Part shown: in pieces, positions 13,216-24,620 of the stretch
How positions within the stretch are numbered: the stretch's first letter is position 1
Layout: every line of letters begins with the position of its first letter
Assembly (NCBI RefSeq): GCF_006345805.1
Contig: NW_021829853.1
Location: 208,831-272,830 of the forward strand
Direction of reading: 5' to 3'
DNA: 64,000 nucleotides
Origin: Octopus sinensis
Lineage: Eukaryota
The notes under the pieces: generated by a model
The model's database searches: none
What the model was told of the DNA's origin: nothing
The model's input: the letters and a program-made list of their open reading frames with translations, nothing else
Made by a program: the position numbers and the translations under genes

Positions 13216-15772
13216 AAACGATTCAATTCTCGCTTACTTCAAATGAAGATGCAATGTATAGAAATTAATATCGGTATATATAAATGACCATTATATTATG
13301 CTGTGTTCTAAAGAATTAGGTAGAAAAGGAAGAAATATAAAAAAACATATGCGTCATACTTTTGATGTATTTCAGTAAAAAAGATGTCAGAATCGATACT
13401 TGAATTTGAGGGGTCAGTTTAAAGAGTTGAAATCTGAGCAGTACGAAAGTTAAACAGATGGATTTTGAGGACTGCCTCTTTTTACATGTTTGAATTATTC
13501 ACTGTTATTTGAGCAATTAACTTCACAGTTTCTTTCAGAAAAATACAAACAATCTCGAGTTCTTCTATTAATTAGTAAAATAAGAAAATATTGGTCATCA
13601 ACTAATTCATACTTCTGGCTGCATAATTATTTCTAGTTTAGGTATTTAAAGGTTCTTTTGCTGTTTTTTTCTTCTTAGTGTTGAATACATTGGAGATGTA
13701 CAACATTTCCCTTTAAAAAGAGTATTTAATGACATAGGTATTCCATCAGCATTGTATTTCATAGGTAATAATACCTGCAGTTGCTGCTACTCATTGAAAT
13801 ATTTAAGACTGCATGTATTAAATGCATTGGCATCCACATTTCCTGTGGGCTGACCCCACACAGACAGTCTAGTTTCTCGACAGGTTGAACCAAGTCAAAA
13901 CAGAAAGTCTTCACAATACCATGTTTAGTAGGAATGCCAATAATGACTTTGCTGAGATGATGAGAGAGAGAGAGAGAGATTGTAGGCTTGACATACTAGA
14001 AATAGCAGCTCTATTTTCCTCAAGATACCATACTGTCTTATATAAGAAGAGTGTATTTGGCGATGTTGTCCCTGTTACATTGAAGGATGTTATGATCACT
14101 GGAATGGTATTGGTGAGGGTCTGCTTCATCAATCAAAGTTAATCTGGGACTAAACAACGTCAATCATCTAAGGTTTTTGATTTAAATGGTTTCTCTGGAT
14201 TCTTTAGACATTGCTGCGTTTATCGTTTGATGTATTTGTACAGCAAACCATATTACCATGTTAAAACTTATCTTAGTCAATATTGTAACTTTGATCTGGT
14301 TAAGGAACGGCTATCCGGTTCTGGAACTCTGTGGTCCAGGAACACAAAGGCAAAACCAAAAATTGCTAATTTATTACTAAATATATTTATCTGGAAGTTA
14401 ACCGAAAAAAAAAAAAAAAAAAAAAAAAAAAATTCTTATTATCTGGACTTGGAAATTTTCTCCAAAGTTGTTTTGTTCTGTTTTTTAATTTTTATTTTTG
14501 TGTGATGCATGTTTTATTATTTTTTTTTGTTTTTGTTGTGTTTAGCATTCAATTTCTAATTAACATTGTTATTTCTAATTATTTGTTTTCCTTAACATTA
14601 AAGAACCCATCTCTGATTGTTTAATAAACTATTGGTTAATCATTGTAGGATATTTTTGTTTGATGCCCAAAGGTAAAGTTGTTAGCATGGTTTTTCCACA
14701 TCTTATATAACTGCTTTTTGCCTCCTGTAGAGCCGACATACATCAATGTATCTATGTGTGTATGTGTCTGTATATCTGTAATGTAAGTGGCTGTTATGTT
14801 TGTGTGTTTTGTATGGAGAGTAAGCAGTAAGATCAGAGTTGTAAGTAAATTTGTTTTTGTCTGTTACAGCAGGTCTGAAGAAGAAGGCATGTTTCGATTT
14901 ATCCATTCCTGTAATGCATGTTGTGTCCTGCTTTCCATTACACGTAATCTCTTGATGCCATCAATACTGAAATTTGCATTATGTCCGTCTTGCAACAGCT
15001 TCTGTCGTACACAAACACGCATACGGACATGTGTGCGCGTGTATATGTATATATCTATGTGTCGTCATCATTTAACGTCCATTTTCCATGCTGGCATGGG
15101 TTGGATGATATATGACTCAGTTAACTGAGGATTGTACAAACTGCATGATGTATATAGTTCAGTGTGTGTGTGTCTGTGTGTTTGAAGTTGGTGATTTATT
15201 CTACTGTTACACAGAGAACTTCAGATGATGCTCAATCAGATCAACAGTGGAAACTAAGTGAATCCCTGGCCTTCAGCCAATTATTATACTCAGCAGCATC
15301 TATTTCAAGTATTCTTTCTTATGCGCACCTTCACATTGTGTGTGTATGTGTGTTTTATGATTGGTTGGGCATGGTATGGAGAGGACGTATTGCCTTTTTG
15401 GTTTTGACTTAGACAACTTTTTGCTGCGATGCTTGGATTTAAAAAAAAAAAAAAATTCATCTTTTTAAAGTTATTTATAATTAATCAAAAATGAACTCAG
15501 ACCAGTCTGTGGCATGTATTTAAGCAGCAAAGCTGAACAAGGGTATATCAGGTAACGATTTGTGATTCATTAAAATTATCTTTACTTCCAGAGAAAGTTG
15601 ATCAATCAACAGGTGGCCGTTGGTGCTGACTGTAAATAAGAAGTGGGGGTGATAATTGCAGTATTAAAAAGATCAACAATAACTAAATTGTGACAGTGCA
15701 TGGGAAAGTTCATTGGATGTTGATAAATTAGCAACTGAGAAAAACAGGGTCAGAGTGAAAACAGTGAAGAAA

Positions 15773-16050
15773 TACAGTTCTATATTTAAGAGATGAGGAT
15801 TTATGAACATTATTTACATTATTTACATTTGATGGATGTTTCTCCTCATCCTGTTTGTTGTTAAACACAACGTTTCGGCTGATATACCCTCCAGCCTTCA
15901 TCAGGTGTCTTGCAGAAATTTTGAACCTGGGTTCTCATTCTTAAGGTATTTTTTGATGTTGTTGTTGTTGTTATTCTTCAGGTCACTGCCTGGAATCGAA
16001 CTTGGAATCTTGGGGTTAGTAGCCTGCACTCTTAACCACTATGCCAAGTG
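15773..16050 (-). mobile_element. tRNA-headed SINE carrying a hammerhead ribozyme (HH-SINE), near full length
   Basis: Minus strand has A box TGGCATAGTGG, B box GTTCGATTCC, an AAT/AAC-rich linker, the hammerhead motif and a 3' end ...cttaaatatagaactgta. Seven further copies or fragments occur in the window. Confidence 0.85.
15864..15909 (-). ncRNA. Minimal type I hammerhead ribozyme motif
   Basis: GACAC-CUGAUGA-A-GGCUG[GAGGGUAUAU]CAGCC-GAAA-CGUU|GUGUU. Full core, 5-bp stem II, stem I GACAC/GUGUU, palindromic stem III (AACGUU). Confidence 0.75.
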
Positions 16051-16183
16051 AAGAAATAGGTCTGCACATCGTTTCATTTTTTTCACAGACAAACACTCTG
16101 TATTTTTCTCAGCTGTTTATTTAGTGACATCCGATGGGTTTTCCCATGCACCATCACAATTTTGATATCTTGTCGAGAATATT

Positions 16184-16402
16184 CTTTTCTACTCTAGGTA
16201 CAAGGCCTGAAATTTTTTTTTTGTGGGGTGCAGTCAATTAGATTGACCCCAGTACACAACTGGTACTTAATTTATTGGCCCTGAAAGGACGAAAGGCAAA
16301 GTCAACCTCAGTGGAATTTGAACTCAAAATGTAAAAATAGGCAAAATACTGCTAAGCATTTCGCCTGGCGTGCTAACGTTTCTGCCAGCTTGCTGCCTTA
16401 TA
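16184..16402 (-). mobile_element. SINE family B with TSD
   Basis: 14-bp TSD ttgtYgagaatatt at 16170-16183 and 16403-16416. Confidence 0.9.
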
Positions 16403-16619
16403 TTGTTGAGAATATTGAAATGTATTTTGATAGATAATGGTTTGCTTTCATTTCAAAAGCTGTTGCATTGAAAGTCATAAGTTGTGCTAAAAATCTGAGA
16501 GTATTTTTCAGTTCATATTGCTTTTGCTGTCTATAATTTTGTTTTATGGCATTGCACAATCATACACAGATATGTCGTGATACACATGTTCCCTCCACAA
16601 TTAGAGATCAGCACCTCTT

Positions 16620-16755
16620 GGAGGGAACATATTGAAGGGGTAGACCCAGGAAGATGTGGGATGAAGTGATGAGAAAGGATCTTCAGATGTTAGAACTCAA
16701 AGAGGGGATGATAAAGGACCAAGACTCTTAGCGGTTTGCTGTACTTGAGAAGATA
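16620..16755 (+). mobile_element. RTE ORF C-terminal fragment
   Basis: RGRPRKMWDEVMRKDL...RFAVLEK; same region as the 55.3-55.5 kb fragment. Confidence 0.65.
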
Positions 16756-16759
16756 TCAT

Positions 16760-17290
16760 CATCATCGTTTAAGGTCTGTTCTCCATGCTAGCATGGGTTG
16801 GACGGTTTGACCGGGGATCTGGGAAGCCAGAAGGCTGGACTAGGCTCCAGTCTGATCTGGTAGTGTTTCTACAGCTTGATGCCCTTCCTAACACCAACCA
16901 CTCCGTGAGTATAGTGGGTGCTTTTTATGTGCCACCGGCACAGGTGCCAGGCGAGGCTGGCAACGGCCATGTTCAGATGGTGCTTTTTACATGCCACCGG
17001 CACAGGGATCACAACTGCAGTTTCCATTGAAGACATGTCAGGCTAAATAAAATCAGGGCATAGAGGCTTGTTCCCTGCATTCCTCATCTTGCTGGTTTGT
17101 GGGTGCTGGTGCCATGTGAAAAAAAAAAAACACCCAGTACACTCTGTAAAGTGGTTGGCATTAAGAAGGGCACATCCAACAAAGAAACCAAACCAAAACA
17201 AACAGTGAAGCCTGATGCAGTCTGCTGCCAAGCCAGTTCTTGTCAAACTGTTCAACCCATGCCAGCATGGAAAATGGACATTAAATGGTG
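16760..17290. mobile_element. Family A, inverted pair (- 16760-17020, + 17090-17290)
   Basis: Family motifs present in opposite orientations. Confidence 0.8.
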
Positions 17291-17739
17291 ATATCACACA
17301 CACTCACGCACAGATATCCTTTCTTTAATATAAATGTTATATATGTAGTATATAACTACGATTATGGCCATCACCCAAAATCAGAAAATGACTTGTTATT
17401 GGGCACTAAAGCTTCTGCTGATCACTTTAGTTGGGATCAGACCTAAACATCTTCTTAGCCCTCAGTCTTTGCCCTGTGGATCATCAAGGATTTTACCTGT
17501 AATTGATTGGGGTTTCCTTTCTTGATCCTCAAAGGATGACAGGGAAATTGCCTTCAGTGCATTTTCAACCAAGAGTGTAGAGGGGAGCTGGAGCAAATAT
17601 CATGATACACTTCAGTGTACATTCTAACAACCCTATCAATTGATTGCCCCAAATATGTGTGTGTGTATATTTATTTATTTGTGTATGTCATCATCATCAT
17701 CATTTAACATCCATTTTCCATGCTGGTCACTTGATCGTT

Positions 17740-18012
17740 ACCAACGTCGCCTTACTGGCACCTGTGCCGGTGGCATGTGTAAAAGATTCGAGCGAGGTCA
17801 TTGCCAGTACCGCCTGACTGGCCCTGTGCCAGTGGCACGTAAAAAGCACCCACTACACTCTCGGAGTGGTTGGCGTTAGGAAGGGCATCCAGCTGTAGAA
17901 ACTCTGCCAGATCAAGATTGGAGCCTGGTGCAGCCATCTGGTTCGCCAGCCCTCAGTCAAAATCGTCCAACCTATGCTATCATGGAAAGTGGACTTTAAA
18001 TGATGATGATGG
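17740..18012 (+). mobile_element. Family A, young subfamily
   Basis: Nearly identical text to 23205-23490 and 60537-60793. Confidence 0.9.
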
Positions 18013-18744
18013 TGATGTATCGGATGGTCTGACAGGAGCTGGAAAGCTGCACCAGTCTCCAGTTGTCTGTTTTAGTATGGCTGGATGTCCTTCCTAATGC
18101 CAGCCACTTTGAAGAGTGTACTGGGTGCCTTGTATGTGGCACCAGCACAGGTACTTTTTACATGGCACCAGCATAGGTATGTGTGTGTGTATGTGTGCAA
18201 GAGGTAAATATCACTTAATAAACACGGGATTTAAATGTGAAACATTGCAGGGTAGTGCATGGCATGCTATACAAGCTCGTCCGACTATTGTGCTATCAGA
18301 GCATGAAACTTATAAGTAGATCGTTTTTAAATTCTGTGTTTATTAAATGATGTTTGGAAAGAGTGTCAAAGCTGTAAACTCTGATTTTAATCCTTGTTCT
18401 TGTATATTGTGTCTTTGTTCTGGACTAATGGAACTGTTAATTGCAGTAAATAATTGCAGTCTTTTAGACATATAACCACTTTGCTGTTTTAATTATGATT
18501 AATCGAATTTTAGTTGTTGTTGTAAAAGTATTTTTCACTTTTGGTCCCTAGAATTGGGTTGTCTGTGATTCCTAGATTTAGGGTTGGGTTGTTTATGAGA
18601 TTTTGTTGACTTTTATGTAGCTTCCATTGATAGTCTGTCTGCTCTCAAGAATTGTTGTTGAAATATTTCACAATTGTTTCACATTATAGTTTACATTCAG
18701 TACTTCAATGGACATTCTTAGAAACACAAAGGCATACTTAACTG

Positions 18745-18987
18745 TTATTTACAATTGATGGATATTTGTCCTTATCCTGTTTGTTGTTAACACAATGTTT
18801 CAGCTGATATACCCTCCAGCCGTCATCAGGTGTCTTGCAGAAATTTCGAACCTGGGTTTTCATTTCCAAAGTATTTTTCGATGTTGTTGTTATCATTATC
18901 ATTATTATTATTCAGGTCACTGCCTGGAATCAAACTTGGAATCTTGGGGTTAGTAGCCTGTGCTCTTAACCAGTACGCCATATGCCC
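18745..18987 (-). mobile_element. HH-SINE copy (left arm of second inverted pair)
   Basis: tRNA head intact; hammerhead at 18789-18834 has stem II and III substitutions. Confidence 0.9.
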
Positions 18988-18988
18988 T

Positions 18989-19163
18989 TGACCTGAATAA
19001 TAATAATAATAATGATATCAAAAAATACCTTAGGAATGAGAACCCAGGTTCGAAATTTCCCCAAGACACCTGATGAAGGCTGGAGGGTGTTATATTAACA
19101 ACAAACAAGATGAAGACAAATATTCGTCAACTGTAAATAATGTACACAATTCCTCATCTCTTA
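18989..19163 (+). mobile_element. HH-SINE headless copy (right arm of second pair)
   Basis: Starts at tgacctgaataa; has a deletion through the GAAA core. Confidence 0.85.
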
Positions 19164-19164
19164 T

Positions 19165-19245
19165 AATAATAATGAAATTATTGTATACAGTGCTCAGGTG
19201 CACCACAACTTGTCAGAAAGTGCATATAAAGTACATGCAGTAATG
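19165..19245 (-). mobile_element. CR1-like 3' tail fragment
   Basis: Shares tacagtgctcaggtgcacyacaact and the ATT tail with 9152-9190. Confidence 0.55.
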
Positions 19246-19257
19246 TCTTATACTTAA

Positions 19258-19832
19258 CCCTGTCCTGATGTTATAGCAAGAATAGCCTAAACATCATCTC
19301 AACTGGATTCTTGTTAAAATGTTAAAGATGATAAAATACTAAAAACAGCCAACCGATTACATTGCAGCTTTGTCTTCAAGTGTCGTTTGTGATTCCTTGT
19401 TAATGATGTCCCCCATGGCTGTTGTTTACGTTTTTCAATTGCCCCTCCTCTCCAAGTTTTGGGAGGAGGCGAGCATGAGATGAACCCTGTCCTTCACATG
19501 GTAAACAAGCAAGGCTTAGACTCTTTGCAGGTGAGGAGATTGTGTTGATGATATCCTTTGAAGAGTTTACCTTTAATGCAGACAATGAGAATAATTTTGG
19601 ACAATCAGACAGGTGAAAATAATGAGAAAAGTAATGATTCAGATGAACAAATCCAGTCATTGAGAGGAAACGGGCCTCTTAATTCTTATTCTCCTGAATT
19701 TTGTTTCTGTGTCTTTGTGCATTACTTTTCCCGCAATTGTTACTCTTGAGCTGTGTAAGCAATCATTTATTTTTTTGTTGAGGAACCCAGGTGGAGGGTA
19801 AAATTAGACACGGGGATCCAGGTCTTAGAGGG
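19258..19832. mobile_element. piggyBac-type non-autonomous element
   Basis: TTAA-CCCTGT ... AGAGGG-TTAA; the right ~80 bp is shared with 41970-42053. Confidence 0.55.
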
Positions 19833-20900
19833 TTAAAGATATAGACATGCATAAAGATCCTTCATCGTTGTATAAGCTGACTGAGTAGGTAAGGCCATTC
19901 ATCTGTCTTCTCCTAGGTTATGAGTTCAAACCACTGCAGGCATATTTTGTGTTTGTTTTTGAAGAGAACACTCTAGTTTATGTGACATGTTACCTGGATG
20001 TTGGTAATTAATGTATCGGATCACCTGAGAAGAATGTTATATTGGTAACTTATTCCAGAGAGGAATTATTTCTCATTGGTTTATTGTCATGAAATCAAAA
20101 TTCAAAGTTTTCCATTCTGGGTGGGCAGTGGGGTTTATTCCACCTCCTTCTTCTATTGTTGCTGACCAAAGCAGCACAGTTTTCTGAATTTGACCACCTT
20201 CTCAACATCAAATGTGAATTCTTAAATTTTTAGCAAAAGATTTCCAGATGAATGCTTTCCTCTTTGTCATTTAAATCCTGCTTTGAACCATTTCAGTGAG
20301 AAAATAAAAAAAAAGACATATTCCAAACTGATGACAATCATTGATAATGATTAAAGATTAATCTAACCATGATAGATGAATATTGGCTTGAACTAGTCAA
20401 GTACTTTTGAGTTTCTCTCCAAATTTTAAACACGAAATTGGTTTTAAACTCTGCATCTAAGAAACATTCTCATTTAGTCTTAGAATTCTTCTGTTATCTG
20501 GAGAAGCAGTTTCTCTGTCTGTGTCATGCTTGAGTAAGTTGTGGTTAATATTTGTTTATATTTTGGCAATAAATGTGTAAATGTCACCTATTTGCATGTT
20601 TTTGTTGTTGAATGCATATAATGTGCTTGATAATAATAATAATAATCAAATCTCCTTCGCTAACATCAGACTAAGGTTGCATGAACTGTATTCATTAACA
20701 GCACCATTACCTGTTGCTACAGCCTGACCAGAGTATTACACACCCACACCACACACACACACACAGTGAAACAGTTTTGTTTCAGTTTTGATATAAATAC
20801 AACTTGGTAAGGCAGTGACTTTGCATAAAGATTACCCTGATGTGTATTACTGCTAGTTTTCACATGTATATATTATGTGTGTATATATATATATATATCT

Positions 20901-21208
20901 GGAGGCGCAATGGCCCAGTGGTTAGGGCAGCAGACTCGCGGTCGTAGGATCGCAGTTTCGATTCCCAGACCGGGCGTTGTGAGTGTTTATTGAGCGAAAA
21001 CACTTAAAAGCTCCACGAGGCTCCGGCAGGGGGTGGTGGCAATCCCTACTGTACTTTTGCGCCACAACTTTCTCTCACTCTTTCTTCTGTTGGCCTGCTC
21101 GCTTAGCCAGCAGGGTGGCGTCATTTGAAGGCTAAAACAATGCGAATGCATTGTGACCAGCGATGTGTAGCAACATCTGATAGCCTGGTTGGTCACGGTG
21201 ATCATGTG
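20901..21208 (+). mobile_element. tRNA-derived SINE inserted in (TA)n
   Basis: A box TGGCCCAGTGG and B-like box GTTTCGATTCC; TA runs on both flanks. Confidence 0.8.
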
Positions 21209-21294
21209 ATATATATATGATGGATTCTCCGTTGGTTTCGATGTATGAAAATCTGACAATCTGCACTTTCTTTGTCAGTTATAATGCTTATGTC

Positions 21295-21655
21295 GAATGA
21301 TATTTGAGTCCTGCCAATGAGTTGCGAAGAAGCCTGCAGATGGTTCAAGTATGAAGATTACGAGTCAGTGCAGGCAGAATATTTGCAGCAGCTTTTCTCC
21401 TTTGCCTTGCACTCTTATTGAAACAAAGTCTCTTCTATCATTTTGACACAACAATCTCCATTTTGTTTGCTCCAAGGCTGTTTGCTCAAAGATGTGAGCT
21501 ATATCAACTGCTGAGAGGGAACTCTTCAGCTTGTCCTTATATCTGATCCACGGTTCACCAACTATCAAGCTGATTGTACGTGAGGACTTTGTGTATTCTT
21601 TCATCACTCATTCTTATGACATGGCCAGCCCAGCACAACTGCAACTGCATATGTC
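21295..21655 (-). mobile_element. Degenerate RTE C-terminal fragment
   Basis: Minus-strand frames give LCWAGHVIRMSDERIHKVLTYNQL and RYKDKLKSSL, typical of the RTE post-RT region. Confidence 0.7.
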
Positions 21656-21680
21656 CTTCTACTTAACTGTTATTTTGCAC

Positions 21681-21910
21681 ATTATTTACATATGATGGAT
21701 ATTTGTCCTCATCTTGTTTGTCGTTAACACAACGTTTTGGCTGATATACCCTCCAGCCTTCATCAGGTTCGAAATTTCCCCCAAGACACCTGATAAAGGC
21801 TGGAGGGTTTATCAGCCGAAACGTTGTGTTAGCAACAAACAAGATGAAGACAAATATCTGTCAAATATAAATAATGTAAATAATTCCTCATCTCTTAAAT
21901 ATAGAACTGT
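21681..21910. mobile_element. HH-SINE third inverted pair (- 21681-21767, + 21768-21910), both headless
   Basis: Two opposed hammerhead motifs joined at a CAGG microhomology. Confidence 0.85.
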
Positions 21911-22240
21911 GTTATTTTGCAGTGAACTGGTTCTGAGTCCCAGTTATGCGGTCCGTTGTATGTATTAGTGAACCAGAATTTTTGCTCTCTGGTAATAAAA
22001 TATACTTACTTCATCATCATCATCATCGTCGTTTAGCGTCCGTTTTCCATGCTAGCATGGTTACTTATGAATGCTAAATGCACACGTGTGTGCACACAAA
22101 AGCCAGCCATTTAATGAATTCAAATTGCTCCCCTCAGAAGACTTGGATAGCAATGTTATAAATAATATAAATAATATCAAAAGTTGATGATTTTGGTAAA
22201 TGGTAAACAGTTATCAGAATGGAGTTCCGTTTTGGGTTAA

Positions 22241-22459
22241 CCCTTTAACATTCATATTCTCCTGACAAAGGTAATACTTATTTATTCACATTGTTTTTAA
22301 TTAATCCTGTATTATCTTGTAGCTTTGAGATTGTAATGATGTGATTGTCTATTCTTGGGAATTACACATTGTAGGGTAGGTGGAAAGTGCCAGACCTGGC
22401 TGCTTTAAACACAAAACAGAATATTTGGGCTGGATTTGGGTGGTTTAAATGCTAAAGGC
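22241..22459. mobile_element. piggyBac-type MITE, degenerate
   Basis: TTAA-CCCTTTAACATT ... AATGCTAAAGG; an internal segment is repeated at ~40340-40410. Confidence 0.55.
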
Positions 22460-22603
22460 TCGAATGTTTTGTCAGTAAGTATACAGAAAATGGTTTCCAA
22501 ATGAATTTTGTTTGAAACTGTAGAGAACTCCCCCATTGTTTTGTAATTAAAAAAAAAAAGAATTGTAATAAAATGATTGTTTTTGTTTTTGTCTTTATCT
22601 CAG

Positions 22604-22797
22604 ATATTAACTTTGACGAGTTCTTAACTATGTACAAGCACCTGTTTGAATATTGTAAAAAGGTTGTCCTGAAAAGTTACGTTTTGGAAGAGAAAAATAT
22701 TGGTGAAACCCCTGCTGTTAAAAATAACAAACTTCCTGCTGTAAATAATTCCACAAATAGAACTTTGGACCATAAATTGGGAAATGGTTTTACTAAG
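22604..22797 (+). CDS. Coding exon of host gene (NINFDEFLTMYKHLFEYCKK...GFTK); completes an EF-hand-like motif
   Basis: Strong pyrimidine tract + cAG and AAG|GTAAAA donor. 194 nt, phase 1 to 0. Joining to 4006 gives EKGNSQNINFDEFL, an EF-hand-like loop and exit helix. Confidence 0.85.
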
Positions 22798-23099
22798 GTA
22801 AAAGAATAATGCATCTCTTTTGTTGTCTGAGTGTTTAAATGTTTAACTTTTGTCACTGGAACTCCTGCAACAGGTGGTTTTGAAGAATTTCTATTTGAAA
22901 GACAAACTGGATGAATTTGGTAGTTCTGCAGAAGGAATTGCCAAGAATTGCCCCAATTAAAGATGAGTTGGTAATGAATATCGTATCCTGATGCCTTCAT
23001 TTGGTCAACAGGCATTTATGGTTGTAAAAGCATGGGCTCTGGACAAATCTGAAGAGAAATGTGGGTGTGTGGAAGATGTTAGTAGTTTCTTACGAAGGT

Positions 23100-23490
23100 G
23101 CCCATGCTGATAGGGTGCCAAGAACACCATCCGAGCGTGATCGTTGCCAGAGCAGCCAACTGGCTCCGTGCCAGTGGCATGTAAAAGGGCGCCATTCGAG
23201 CGTGATCGTTACTAACATCGCCTTACTGGCACCTGTGCCGGTGGCATGTATAAAAAGATTCGAGCGAGGTCATTGCCAGTACCGCCTGACTGGCCCTGTG
23301 CCAGTGGCACGTAAAAAGCACCCACTACACTCTCGGAGTGGTTGGCGTTAGGAAGGGCATCCAGCTGTAGAAACTCTGCCAGATCAAGATTGGAGCCTGG
23401 TGCAGCCATCTGGTTCGCCAGCCCTCAGTCAAAATCGTCCAACCCATGCTAGCATGGAAGGTGGACGCTAAACGATGATGATGATGATCA
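23100..23490 (+). mobile_element. Family A, young subfamily
   Basis: Nearly identical to 17740-18012, with additional upstream hairpin units. Confidence 0.9.
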
Positions 23491-23959
23491 TCAGTCAAAT
23501 GAATAGGTTGTTAGAATAAGTAGGTGAAAGACAACAATTCTTGGACTTTGTGAAGCAAATAACAAAAACTTGTCTATTAAAGCCTTATTTGAAGAGGCAA
23601 ACATTTGGAAAATATTATCTTGGAGGGAAAAGGAGAGGAGAAGTAGATGAAGAGGCAAGCAAAGAATGCAATGGAAGAGCCATATCGTGAGTTGGTTGGA
23701 CAGGAGGGGCAGCTAGAGAACTTGCGCCTAATTGGAAAGATTTTTGGTGTAGTTTCAACAACGCACTAGAGGTGTATGATACATGATTCTTTCCGACTTT
23801 TTTTTTTCTTATGAGAACTTACATTTGAATGATGTTGGGTGACACTGTAAATATTGGATAATGAAGGAACATATTTTGTTGGAATTCAGAATTGCAGATC
23901 TCTAAGAGCCAAATTCCAGGCGTGTGCAGGGATGCCATTCATTCTGCAAGCTTTACCAT

Positions 23960-24620
23960 CCTGGATTGATTTGAGGGCATCTTGCAGTTCTTTCCAACTA
24001 GATTGGTATTACCCTCAGCAGTTCCTGGAGGTTTACCTCGAAGATGTTCAATGTGAACTCTGGGAAGCTTGCAATATCGTACACCATCAAAAAGTCAATA
24101 GATAACTGGAGAGACACTTGATTAATACCAATACCCAAGAAAGGAGACTTGGCTATTACAAAGAACTGCTGTGGCATTACACACTCTCCCTAATTGCAGT
24201 TAAAATCTACCATTTGATGCTGTTGAAAAGAATCGGTCAAGTTTGAGAAAATTCTTCAGAAGAATCAGAACAATTTTCGTCCAAATAGATCTATGATAAA
24301 TAAGGACAAATCCTTAAAATTAAGAGAAACGTTTAAAGAAGAGAAGATAGCAGCTGTACTACTTTTTGTAGATTTCACAAAAGTTCGATCTGAAGTGGGG
24401 AAAATGCAGCAGTTATTGCTAGTTTATGGCATTCTTGGAGAAACTATGACTTGCTATAATCGTGTCATGTCATAACACTAACGCTGAGGCTTGTTCTGAT
24501 GAGGTAAACATTAATTTCTTCAAGATCACTACAAGAAACCTGATGTACGCTTCACAAAAGCAAGGGAGGCAACTCTGTTGTTAAGTCAACATTATTAACT
24601 CCCTTACATCAGCCTTTAAC
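23960..24620 (+). mobile_element. Old RTE-type RT fragment
   Basis: Frame-disrupted motifs LIPIPKKGDL, KNQNNFRPNRS and AVLLFVDFTK. Confidence 0.7.

Noticed and set aside
13884-14112. Protein-like ORF (NQVKTESLH...GMVL) with AG and GT ends
   Set aside because: Its second half is a copy of the ctagaaatagcagc repeat plus a GA microsatellite. Its phase does not fit between exons 4006 and 22604, and it would break the EF-hand.
17752-17937. Recurring ORFs MAAPGSNLDLAEFLQLDALP...
   Set aside because: Antisense translation of the family A repeat, repeated wherever a copy occurs.
20901-20970. tRNA gene
   Set aside because: No acceptor-stem closure or terminator; it continues into a SINE body. The same holds for the other tRNA-like heads.
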